Shown piece by piece: positions 38,992 through 46,438 of a DNA stretch of 64,000 nucleotides; position 1 is the stretch's first letter; each line of letters starts with the position of its first letter. The stretch lies in assembly GCA_963719085.1 (NCBI GenBank), contig CAVRAL010000004.1, forward strand, positions 288,001 through 352,000. Reading direction: 5' to 3'. The notes beneath the pieces were generated by a model. It worked only from the letters and a program-made list of their open reading frames with translations, was not told where the DNA came from and made no database searches. Both the position numbers and the translations under genes were made by a program. This stretch comes from a candidate division FCPU426 bacterium. GTDB taxonomy: Bacteria; Oederibacteriota; Muellerivitia; Muellerivitales; Muellerivitaceae.

Positions 38992-39627
38992 ATGGAACAG
39001 ATTTTCGACGGTTTTAAATTTATCTTCCGGGGCGGCTTCATGATGCTTCCCCTGCTGGCCTCCTCCCTGATCGCCCTAACGGTCATCATCGATCGTTGGA
39101 AGGTTTTCCAAAAGCAATACAAGACGCCCGAGGGCTTCCTGCTCAGGGTGTTGAAAAAAATAAGGGAAGGCAACGTGGCTGAGGCCCAAAAGGATTGTGA
39201 TGGAAAGGCCTTCCCCGTAGCGGCGGTTTTGAAAGCGGGGATCACAAACCTCAAGAGTCCCGCCGCCGAAATGGAAATCGCCATGAAGAACGAGGCCGAA
39301 AGCTGGATTCCGGTTTTGGAAAAAAGGATTCATGTCCTGGATACCATCATCACCATCGCTCCCCTGATGGGCCTCTTGGGAACTATCCTGGGAATGATGG
39401 GCTCCTTCAAGGTGCTGACCCAAAGCGGGGTGGACGACCCCTATTCGATCACCGGCGGCATCGCCGAGGCCTTGATCGCCACGGCCACCGGCATCATCAT
39501 CGCCGTGCTTTGCGTGATCGCGATGAATTATTTCAACACCCTGGTCAAAAACCTGATTTACGAGATGGAGTCGGCGGCCTCCTACCTGCAGGAAACCCGC
39601 ATGGGCTTTGAACGGGGTAAAAAATAA
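38992..39627 (+). CDS. exbB: ExbB (MotA/TolQ/ExbB family)
   Basis: APLMGLLGTILGMM and GGIAEALIATATG. Confidence 0.92.
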   Translation: MEQIFDGFKFIFRGGFMMLPLLASSLIALTVIIDRWKVFQKQYKTPEGFLLRVLKKIREGNVAEAQKDCDGKAFPVAAVLKAGITNLKSPAAEMEIAMKNEAESWIPVLEKRIHVLDTIITIAPLMGLLGTILGMMGSFKVLTQSGVDDPYSITGGIAEALIATATGIIIAVLCVIAMNYFNTLVKNLIYEMESAASYLQETRMGFERGKK

Positions 39628-40037
39628 TGCAGGTACGGCAAAAACCCATCAAACGAATCCGGATTGAGATCATCCCCATGATCGACGTCATTTTTTTCCT
39701 GTTGGTTTTTTTCATGGTGACTTCCCTGGCCATGACCCGCATCAACAGCATCAAGGTAGTGCTCCCGAAGACTTCAGGAAAAGCGGAAAATCCCCGGCAG
39801 AACGTCATCTTGACGGTGAAAAAAGACGGCTCCCTGCTCATTAACAAAACGCCTGTGACCTTAGACACCTTGGGAAGCCAGTTGGTGAGCGTGATGCAGG
39901 CCGACCCCCAAGGCGTGGTCATCGTGAACGCCGACGAGGGCGCCCCCTATGGCCAAGTCGTTCAAGCCATGCAAAAGGCCAAGGACGCCGGAGTACGGAA
40001 ATTCGCGTTGGCCGCAGAAGCCGGGGAAGGAAAATAA
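39627..40037 (+). CDS. exbD: ExbD
   Basis: IIPMIDVIFFLLVFFMV; ADEGAPYG. Confidence 0.93.
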   Translation: MQVRQKPIKRIRIEIIPMIDVIFFLLVFFMVTSLAMTRINSIKVVLPKTSGKAENPRQNVILTVKKDGSLLINKTPVTLDTLGSQLVSVMQADPQGVVIVNADEGAPYGQVVQAMQKAKDAGVRKFALAAEAGEGK

Positions 40038-40039
40038 CC

Positions 40040-40615
40040 ATGCCGATAATCCGCCTGGATTCAAATACGGAACCTCTCGTCCGGTCAGCCGGACTCGCCA
40101 TCGGCGTGGAATTTCTTTTTTTTCTGGCTCTAGGGCTAGGTCATTTGTCCCTTTTTCATAACCGCTTCGACGACGCGGTGGATGCCCAAATCGTGCAGTT
40201 ATCCGACGCTCATTTGTCCGGAGCCCAAGCCACTAGTCCCGATGATGATGTGGTTTTTAACCCCCGGCACAAACCCAAGCCGGCCAAGAAACCAACCCCT
40301 CCCAAAACCGAGCAAAACCAAGTGGACGCGGGCCCAGACCTGGGGCCCACCCACGGGCCAGTCGCGCTCTACGCGCCCCAACCCGTCATCCCCTCCTATT
40401 TAAGGGATCAAAACCTGAAGACCAGCGTGGTGATTGAATTTTTGGTCACAGCGCAAGGCCAAGTCACTTGCCGGCTTTTGGAATCCAGCGGGAGCGACGA
40501 GCTCGACGCCTTGTCGATCCAAACCGCCGAAAAATGGCGGTTCAAGCCCGCCGCCCAGGACAATGTACCCCTCGATTCCAAAACCCGATTGCGCATTTTA
40601 TTTGAGGTGGATTAA
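40040..40615 (+). CDS. tonB: TonB energy transducer
   Basis: N-terminal TM, Pro/Lys linker and SSG.ELD...KWRFKPA TonB_C domain. Confidence 0.88.
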   Translation: MPIIRLDSNTEPLVRSAGLAIGVEFLFFLALGLGHLSLFHNRFDDAVDAQIVQLSDAHLSGAQATSPDDDVVFNPRHKPKPAKKPTPPKTEQNQVDAGPDLGPTHGPVALYAPQPVIPSYLRDQNLKTSVVIEFLVTAQGQVTCRLLESSGSDELDALSIQTAEKWRFKPAAQDNVPLDSKTRLRILFEVD

Positions 40616-40652
40616 CCCTGTTTTTCACTCAACCCATGGTCCGTCCGCCGGA

Positions 40653-40682
40653 TTGACAGTGCCAGCTCCGCCCTCTAATAAT
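40653..40682 (+). promoter_or_regulatory. Sigma70-type promoter TTGACA-N18-AATAAT
   Basis: Upstream of leader ORF 2; shares GCCCTC just before the -10 with the first promoter. Confidence 0.65.
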
Positions 40683-40710
40683 GGCCCCCATCCAGAACTG
40701 GAAGAGGGCC

Positions 40711-40998
40711 ATGCGCGGTTTCAAACGTTCTTTTTTAAGATGGGGAATTTTATTTTTCCTTCCCTTCCTGATTTCAATCATGACCGTGGAAACATCCCAC
40801 CATCACAGCCCTCTGGAACCCCAGGACAACTGCTCCATTTGTAGTTGCCAGCAAACTGGTTCCCAAGCCGCCACCTTGCCACTGCCGCCGACATTGCTTC
40901 CAACCTTTATCACGGGTTTATTACTTCTAACTTTTTCTTTTATCATTCCCCCGTCCCTCATATCCTCCACGGGCAGGTCCCCGCCCGTCCTCCTGTAA
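40711..40998 (+). CDS. DUF2946/CruR-like leader protein 2 (95 aa; HHH, CxxC, RSPP)
   Basis: GAAGAGG RBS, hydrophobic N-terminus, ETSHHH, CSIC and GRSPP; paralog of 35850..36137. Confidence 0.75.
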   Translation: MRGFKRSFLRWGILFFLPFLISIMTVETSHHHSPLEPQDNCSICSCQQTGSQAATLPLPPTLLPTFITGLLLLTFSFIIPPSLISSTGRSPPVLL

Positions 40999-41037
40999 TT
41001 TTTCGAGCCGTTTTGAAAAAATACACAGGAGGAATTC

Positions 41038-42144
41038 ATGAGAATTCATCGTTTTTATTTTATTTTGGCCTCCCTTTTGGGAGTGGCTTTCGCCGGGGGG
41101 GCCCAGGCCCAAACCCGGTCGATTATCTCCAACTTGGCCAATCCGGCCATCGGCATGAGCGCGTTGTTTTTGGGCCAAGCCGCGCCGAACATCGCCGCCC
41201 CCTACGGCATTAAATTCCAGGAAGCCGAATTGAGCGTCATCTCCACCGTGGATCCTTATTGGACCCTGGCCGCCAATTTGGTGTTTGAGGGCGATCCTAA
41301 AACCGGCATTCCCGACTCGGTGTCGGCGGAAGAAGCCTACGCCACCACCGACGCCATCCCGGGAATCACGTTCAAGATCGGGGAAATCCGGGCGGATTTC
41401 GGAAAACACGGACTGCTTCACACCCACGCTTTTCCCTTCATCCAAGCCCCCATCATCATGGGCAACAGCGTGGGCCAGGAAGGCTTCAAGGACGCGGGCG
41501 TGGAAGGCGCTTGGCTGACGCCCCTGCCTTGGTACTGCGAACTGACCCTGGGCGCCTACGGATCGGTGGCGGCCTCGGGCGACCATCCGCTGAATTTCGC
41601 CGACGCCTCGCACGACAATATTCCCTACCTGATCCATCTCAAAAATCTTTTCGACGTGGATGACGACACCACGATGGAATTAGGCGGATCGGCCCTGACC
41701 GGCATGGGTGACGACGGCCTGCACCACGCCGTTTATGGCGCGGACCTGACTTTCCGCAATGTGCCGCTTCAACAATCCAACCAACGGGGATGGATTCTGC
41801 AGGGCGAGTACATCAAAAAAGTTTCCTTTGATGACAACGCCTATAACCAGGAAGCGGACGGCTGGTATACCTCGTTCCAATATCGCTTGGCCCAGGAATG
41901 GTGGACCGGCATCCGGATGGAAGAGTGCTATAACGCCACACCGGACCTGGATGTGGACTCCACGGAAAATTCACTCGCCGGCAACGTCAAGCGCGCCTCG
42001 TTCAATGTGGCTTGGCTGGCGTCGGAATTTTCGCAGGTGAAGGCCGAATATAGCTACGCCCAAAACGACGCGGGCCAGGGCGATAACCGGGTGATGCTGC
42101 AGTTTAACTATGTGATCGGATTCCATCCGCCCCACTCTTATTAG
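41038..42144 (+). CDS. His-containing outer-membrane porin-like protein of a metal uptake operon
   Basis: AGGAGG RBS, signal peptide, NPAIG, HGLLHTHAFPF, SEFS and C-terminal IGFHPPHSY. Confidence 0.75.
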   Translation: MRIHRFYFILASLLGVAFAGGAQAQTRSIISNLANPAIGMSALFLGQAAPNIAAPYGIKFQEAELSVISTVDPYWTLAANLVFEGDPKTGIPDSVSAEEAYATTDAIPGITFKIGEIRADFGKHGLLHTHAFPFIQAPIIMGNSVGQEGFKDAGVEGAWLTPLPWYCELTLGAYGSVAASGDHPLNFADASHDNIPYLIHLKNLFDVDDDTTMELGGSALTGMGDDGLHHAVYGADLTFRNVPLQQSNQRGWILQGEYIKKVSFDDNAYNQEADGWYTSFQYRLAQEWWTGIRMEECYNATPDLDVDSTENSLAGNVKRASFNVAWLASEFSQVKAEYSYAQNDAGQGDNRVMLQFNYVIGFHPPHSY

Positions 42145-42195
42145 GACGGAGCGGATTCAAAAAATTTGTGGTTTAAAAAATCAAGGAGAAAACTC

Positions 42196-43110
42196 ATGAA
42201 ACGTCTAAGCGCTTTTTTAGTGCTGCTCTTCGGTTGCTTGATCGCCTTGCCGGCTTTCGCGGATTTGAAAGTGGCCACCTCCCTTTCAGATTTGGCGTCG
42301 GTGGCCCAATTCGTGGGAGGCAAACACGTCACGGCCATCAGCCTTTGCAAAGGTTATGAGGACCCGCATTTTGTCCCGGCCAAACCCAGTTTGATGAAGG
42401 CCATCCAGGACGCCGATGTATTCGTGTCCGTGGGGCTGGAGTTGGACGGGGGCTGGCTGCCCTTGGTCATCCCCGGGAGCCGCAATCCCAAAATTCAGCC
42501 GGGCGCCGAAGGCTTCGTTGACGCCTCGGAAGGCATTGATGTTTTGGATAAGCCCGTCGGCACCGTCAGCCGGGCGGAGGGGGACATCCATCCTTTGGGC
42601 AACCCGCATTACTATGGCGACCCGAAAAATCTGGAAATCGTGGCGGATCATTTGACCCAAATTTTTTCGGATTTGGACCCGGCCAACGCGGCGGACTACG
42701 CGGCCAACGATAAGGCCTTCGACGCGAAAATGGACGCGTCGATCAAGGGCTGGGAGGCTCAGCTGGCTCCTTATAAGGGAAATTCGCTCGTGTCCTACCA
42801 CGAGAATTTCAAGTATTTCACCAACCGGTTTGGCTTGAAGGTTTTCGGAACCGTGGAGTCCAAGCCCGGCATTCCGCCGAGCCCCCGATACCTATCGGAC
42901 ACGGCCGACGCGATGAAAACCGCCGGAGTGAAGGTCGTTATCTACCAGCCTTACTATGACGCCGACGAGGCCAAGCAATTAGCGTTGAAAGCCGGGGCCA
43001 CCGCCTATGAGATTCCTAATGAAGTGGGCGGCGTTCCGGAGGCCAAGGACGTTTTCTCGAAATTCGACTTCATCGTGTCGACTTTAGTTCAAGCCTACGG
43101 GGGAAAATAA
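42196..43110 (+). CDS. Zn/Mn-type metal ABC substrate-binding protein (ZnuA family)
   Basis: DPHF, GLELD, HPLGNPHY, YH, ESKPGIPPSP. Confidence 0.92.
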   Translation: MKRLSAFLVLLFGCLIALPAFADLKVATSLSDLASVAQFVGGKHVTAISLCKGYEDPHFVPAKPSLMKAIQDADVFVSVGLELDGGWLPLVIPGSRNPKIQPGAEGFVDASEGIDVLDKPVGTVSRAEGDIHPLGNPHYYGDPKNLEIVADHLTQIFSDLDPANAADYAANDKAFDAKMDASIKGWEAQLAPYKGNSLVSYHENFKYFTNRFGLKVFGTVESKPGIPPSPRYLSDTADAMKTAGVKVVIYQPYYDADEAKQLALKAGATAYEIPNEVGGVPEAKDVFSKFDFIVSTLVQAYGGK

Positions 43111-43115
43111 GCGCC

Positions 43116-43940
43116 ATGTCCAACTTTATCGAGGTGATGGGTCTTCCGATTTTGGCCTGCTTGCTCCTCGGCCTCATCCTGCCCTCCTTGGGCCAGCATG
43201 TGCTGGCCCGGGGAGTCATTTTCGTGGACTTGGCCTTGGCTCAAATAGCGGCGCTGGGACAAAGCGTGGCCTTTTTGTTGGGGGCCGACCCCCATGATCC
43301 GGCCACCTACTATTGGTCCCTGGGATTCACCCTATTGGGCGCGGCCCTTTTTAGTTTTTTGTGGGACCGCAACCATTCGGTTTTTCAGGAGGCCTTTATC
43401 GGAATCGCCTTCTCCCTGGCGACGGCGGCCACCCTGTTGGTCTTGTCCAATTCCCCCCACGGCGCCGAGCACGTGCAGGGAACCTTGAGCGGGGAAAGCC
43501 TGGGCTGGGTCGCTTGGAAAGACGTGGCGCTGATGGCGGTCATTTACGCCCTCGTCGGCCTGTTTCTTTTTTTCAACCGCCAGACCTTGGCGCTTTGTTC
43601 CGCCGACCCCAAAGAGGCCCAAAAGCAGGGACTGTCCCTGAAACTTTGGGATTTCCTTTTTTACGCGGGCTTCGGGCTGGTCGTGACCGACGCGGTTCGG
43701 GTTTCGGGCGTGCTGGCGGTCTTTTCGTTTCTGATCGTGCCGATCGTCTGTTCGACCCTTTTGGGCATGAAAGGAAGACCGCGGCTTTACCTGGCCTGGG
43801 GATTGGCGTGGCTGGCTTCGATCATCGGGTCCGGGTTTTCCTATTGGAAGGACTGGCCCATGGGCGCCACCATCGTGTGCGTATTCGGGCTATCGGTGAT
43901 TGTTATCTCGGCCTTCACAAGAATGAGAAACGTCGAATAG
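43116..43940 (+). CDS. Metal ABC permease (ABC-3/ZnuB family)
   Basis: RGVIFVDLALAQIAALG and GVLAVFSFLIVP. Confidence 0.88.
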   Translation: MSNFIEVMGLPILACLLLGLILPSLGQHVLARGVIFVDLALAQIAALGQSVAFLLGADPHDPATYYWSLGFTLLGAALFSFLWDRNHSVFQEAFIGIAFSLATAATLLVLSNSPHGAEHVQGTLSGESLGWVAWKDVALMAVIYALVGLFLFFNRQTLALCSADPKEAQKQGLSLKLWDFLFYAGFGLVVTDAVRVSGVLAVFSFLIVPIVCSTLLGMKGRPRLYLAWGLAWLASIIGSGFSYWKDWPMGATIVCVFGLSVIVISAFTRMRNVE

Positions 43941-43948
43941 GCAAAAGC

Positions 43949-44094
43949 TTGAAACACAGAGTGACACGGAGTTACACAGGGCGAGGATTAAAATTATTTT
44001 TGATTAAGCCATTAATTTTAAACATTGGGGGAACCTAAAGCTTTGGTTCTCAAAAAGATTTACTCTGTGTAACTTTGTTACCTCCGTGTTTCAA
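43949..44094. repeat. Intergenic palindrome, CACAGAG-unit type
   Basis: TTGAAACACAGAGTGACACGGAGTTACACAGG ... CTCTGTGTAACTTTGTTACCTCCGTGTTTCAA. Confidence 0.8.
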
Positions 44095-44099
44095 AAGCC

Positions 44100-44381
44100 T
44101 TAATATTTTGCCTTCGCCTTGGTCTTCTTCTTTTTGGCCGGCGCTTTTTTGCGACGCTTGGCGGCCTTTTCCGCTTCCGACGGTGGCAGGGCTAACTGCG
44201 GCTTGGCGGTTTCGGGCTTGTCGGCCGCTTTCGGCTCTTCTTTAACGCTTTGGCCGCTGGAAGCCTTTTTAAACTCGTCCATGAACTGGCCGATGGCCTT
44301 GCCCAATCCCGGAAGCTTGTCTTTTCCAAAAAAGAAAAGGGCCACGACCAAAATGAGCAGTATTTCTTCAATGCGTCCCAT
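44100..44381 (-). CDS. tatA: Twin-arginine translocase TatA/TatE subunit
   Basis: EILLILVVALFFFGKDKLPGLGKAIG..EFKKA. Confidence 0.9.
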   Translation of the reverse strand: MGRIEEILLILVVALFFFGKDKLPGLGKAIGQFMDEFKKASSGQSVKEEPKAADKPETAKPQLALPPSEAEKAAKRRKKAPAKKKKTKAKAKY

Positions 44382-44482
44382 GCGAAAAACTCCTGAGTTT
44401 TAAGATGGGGCCATTCTATTCAGTCTTCGGCCACTTCGCCAGTGGAATGGATGTTTCCTTCCCATCCTTTTGACGAAACCTA

Positions 44483-44884
44483 TTAAAGCCCTAAAAATAA
44501 TTTCAATCGACGGCGAATTTCATCTCTTACTTCCTGGAAGCTTTTTAGCTTTTCTTCATCCGTCGTGGCTCCCTTTCCAGGGTCGGGCAGCGGCCAATGA
44601 ATTCTTTCAGCCTTCCCTAAGAAAACTGGACATTCTTCCTCGGCGCAAAGGGTGATAACCGTATCCACCGTCGCCGGGTCGATCTCGGCCACGGACTTGG
44701 AAGTCTGGCCGGAAATATCGATTCCGATTTCGGCCAGGGCCTTGATTGATAAAGGATTCACGAAAGACGGCTTGGAACCGGCGCTTTGAATCAGGCCTTT
44801 ATCGCCCAAAAGATGCTTGGCGATGCCTTCCGCCATCTGGCTGCGGCCCGAATTGGCCACACAAAGAAAAAGAATTTTTTTCAA
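44483..44884 (-). CDS. arsC: Arsenate reductase ArsC (thioredoxin-coupled, LMW-PTP fold)
   Basis: [13 protein letters not shown] (CX5R), [17 protein letters not shown]. Confidence 0.88.
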   Translation of the reverse strand: MKKILFLCVANSGRSQMAEGIAKHLLGDKGLIQSAGSKPSFVNPLSIKALAEIGIDISGQTSKSVAEIDPATVDTVITLCAEEECPVFLGKAERIHWPLPDPGKGATTDEEKLKSFQEVRDEIRRRLKLFLGL

Positions 44885-44887
44885 GGC

Positions 44888-45571
44888 CTACTCCTTGTTG
44901 TTTTTCAAGTTGGCGGGCGCCAGCCGGATCGACTCATAAAACAACGCGGCAAGAACCGCCCCAAGACAAGGCCCTACCACATAAATCCACGTCCCATTCA
45001 AATGTCCCTCAAAGACCGCGGGGGCCAGGGACCGTGCCGGATTCATGGAAGCCCCCGTGACCGGCCCACCCACCCAGGCCGCTAGCATGACAGTTCCGCC
45101 AATCGCCGCGCCCGCCATGGTGCCGACCGCGCGGGTATCCGTGGCCACCGCCACAATCACGAACATCAGAAAAAAGGTCAGGATCATTTCCCAGCTCAAA
45201 GCTTGCCCATTCGGCACGGCGGGAATGGTGGCTCCATAAGAAACACCGGATGGAAGAATCATTTTGAGGATGCCGATAGCGGCAAAAGCCCCGATGAGTT
45301 GAGCGGCCCAATAGGCCAAAACCTGCTCAAAGGGAAAGTGGCGGGCTACGGCGAAGGCCAAGGTCACGGCGGGATTGAAGTGGGCTCCCGAAATATGCCC
45401 CACCGCGTAAATCATGACCGCCACCGCCAACCCAAAAATAACCGGTACGACCGCCTGCGAAAGGGTCCCCGGAAACCGCTCCGCGACCATGAGGCTTCCG
45501 CATCCGGCGAAGACGAGGGTAAAGGTCCCCATGGCCTCGGCCAGGGACTTCTTAAGAAGGATATTCTTCAT
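44888..45571 (-). CDS. MIP family aquaporin, NIP-like (probable arsenite channel)
   Basis: GHISGAHFNPAVT and GASMNPARS NPA boxes; VATDTRAVG resembles plant NIPs; adjacent to arsC. Confidence 0.9.
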   Translation of the reverse strand: MKNILLKKSLAEAMGTFTLVFAGCGSLMVAERFPGTLSQAVVPVIFGLAVAVMIYAVGHISGAHFNPAVTLAFAVARHFPFEQVLAYWAAQLIGAFAAIGILKMILPSGVSYGATIPAVPNGQALSWEMILTFFLMFVIVAVATDTRAVGTMAGAAIGGTVMLAAWVGGPVTGASMNPARSLAPAVFEGHLNGTWIYVVGPCLGAVLAALFYESIRLAPANLKNNKE

Positions 45572-45607
45572 CTCCAACTAGCTCGCGTTTGCAAGTTGAT
45601 CCCCCTA

Positions 45608-45982
45608 TTACTTTTTCTTCCCCACCCACTCGCCCAAAACCGACTTCAATTTCTTTTTCATGCCCTGAAGTTCCTGGATTTTCCCCTCAAACTCATCGAT
45701 CTTGGCGGTGAACAAGTCCACCGTCAGGTCGCAACAGGGGCCCAGACCCTTGTCCCCGCAACAGGTGATTTTCTTTATTTCTTTGAGCGTCAGCCCCATG
45801 GCTTGGGCTTTGCGGATGAACTCCAATTGGTCCACCGCTTCCTTGGGATAAATCCGAAAGCCGCCTTCGCTCCGGGAAGGCTCGTTCAGCAGCCCCTCTT
45901 TTTCGTAATAGCGGATCGTATCGATGGACGTCCCGCTTTTTTGGGCCACTTGACCGATTTGAAGGAATGGATTTTTTTTCAT
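45608..45982 (-). CDS. MerR-family transcriptional regulator with CC...CC motif
   Basis: IGQVA..TIRYYEKEGLL..RSEGGFRIY..FIRKAQAMGLTLKEI; TCCGDKGLGPCCD. Confidence 0.92.
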   Translation of the reverse strand: MKKNPFLQIGQVAQKSGTSIDTIRYYEKEGLLNEPSRSEGGFRIYPKEAVDQLEFIRKAQAMGLTLKEIKKITCCGDKGLGPCCDLTVDLFTAKIDEFEGKIQELQGMKKKLKSVLGEWVGKKK

Positions 45983-46000
45983 GGCGTCAGCTCCCAAACG

Positions 46001-46032
46001 AGTATAGACCCTGGAGTATACTCCAGAGTCAA
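46001..46032 (-). promoter_or_regulatory. MerR-type promoter/operator TTGACT-N20-TATACT with dyad
   Basis: Minus strand TTGACT CTGGAGTATACTCCAGGGTC TATACT; perfect 16-bp palindrome CTGGAGTATACTCCAG in the long spacer. Confidence 0.9.
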
Positions 46033-46078
46033 GGACGGTTTTTAACGGGGTTTGTTTTATCGCGGAAGAAACAGCCGG

Positions 46079-46438
46079 TCAGGACTTGCGGTAATGCCGG
46101 ATAAGTTCGACCAGCTGCTGGTTAAAAGCCGCCCGGGGCAAGGCCTGGTCGGCTCCCGCTTCCTTGGCGTCTTGAAGCAGGTCGGCCCTCAGTGAATTGC
46201 CAAAAGCCACCAAAGGAATCTTCGCGGTGGCCGGATTGTGTTTGAGCCGCTCAATCACGGACGGCGCGTCCAGGGTAGCGATGGCCAGATCCACCAGCAA
46301 AAGATCGGGCGTCATTTCCTGCAGGGCGGCGAAGGCCGCGTCCTCGTCGGATAAAAAAAGGCCCTCCCGCCCCTCTTGCCCGGCGGCCTTCTCGATTTGC
46401 TCTTGAAGCGCCGAGTCGGCGGTCAAAACCAGAATCAA
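46079..46438 (-). CDS. Single-domain response regulator receiver (atypical)
   Basis: PDLLLVDL, TAKIPLV, AGAD; the conserved Lys appears to be replaced. Confidence 0.75.
   Translation of the reverse strand: MILVLTADSALQEQIEKAAGQEGREGLFLSDEDAAFAALQEMTPDLLLVDLAIATLDAPSVIERLKHNPATAKIPLVAFGNSLRADLLQDAKEAGADQALPRAAFNQQLVELIRHYRKS

Noticed and set aside
35700..46050. Metal/arsenic region as a mobile genomic island
   Set aside because: No integrase, transposase, tRNA or flanking direct repeat was seen, and the composition looks like the rest of the window.
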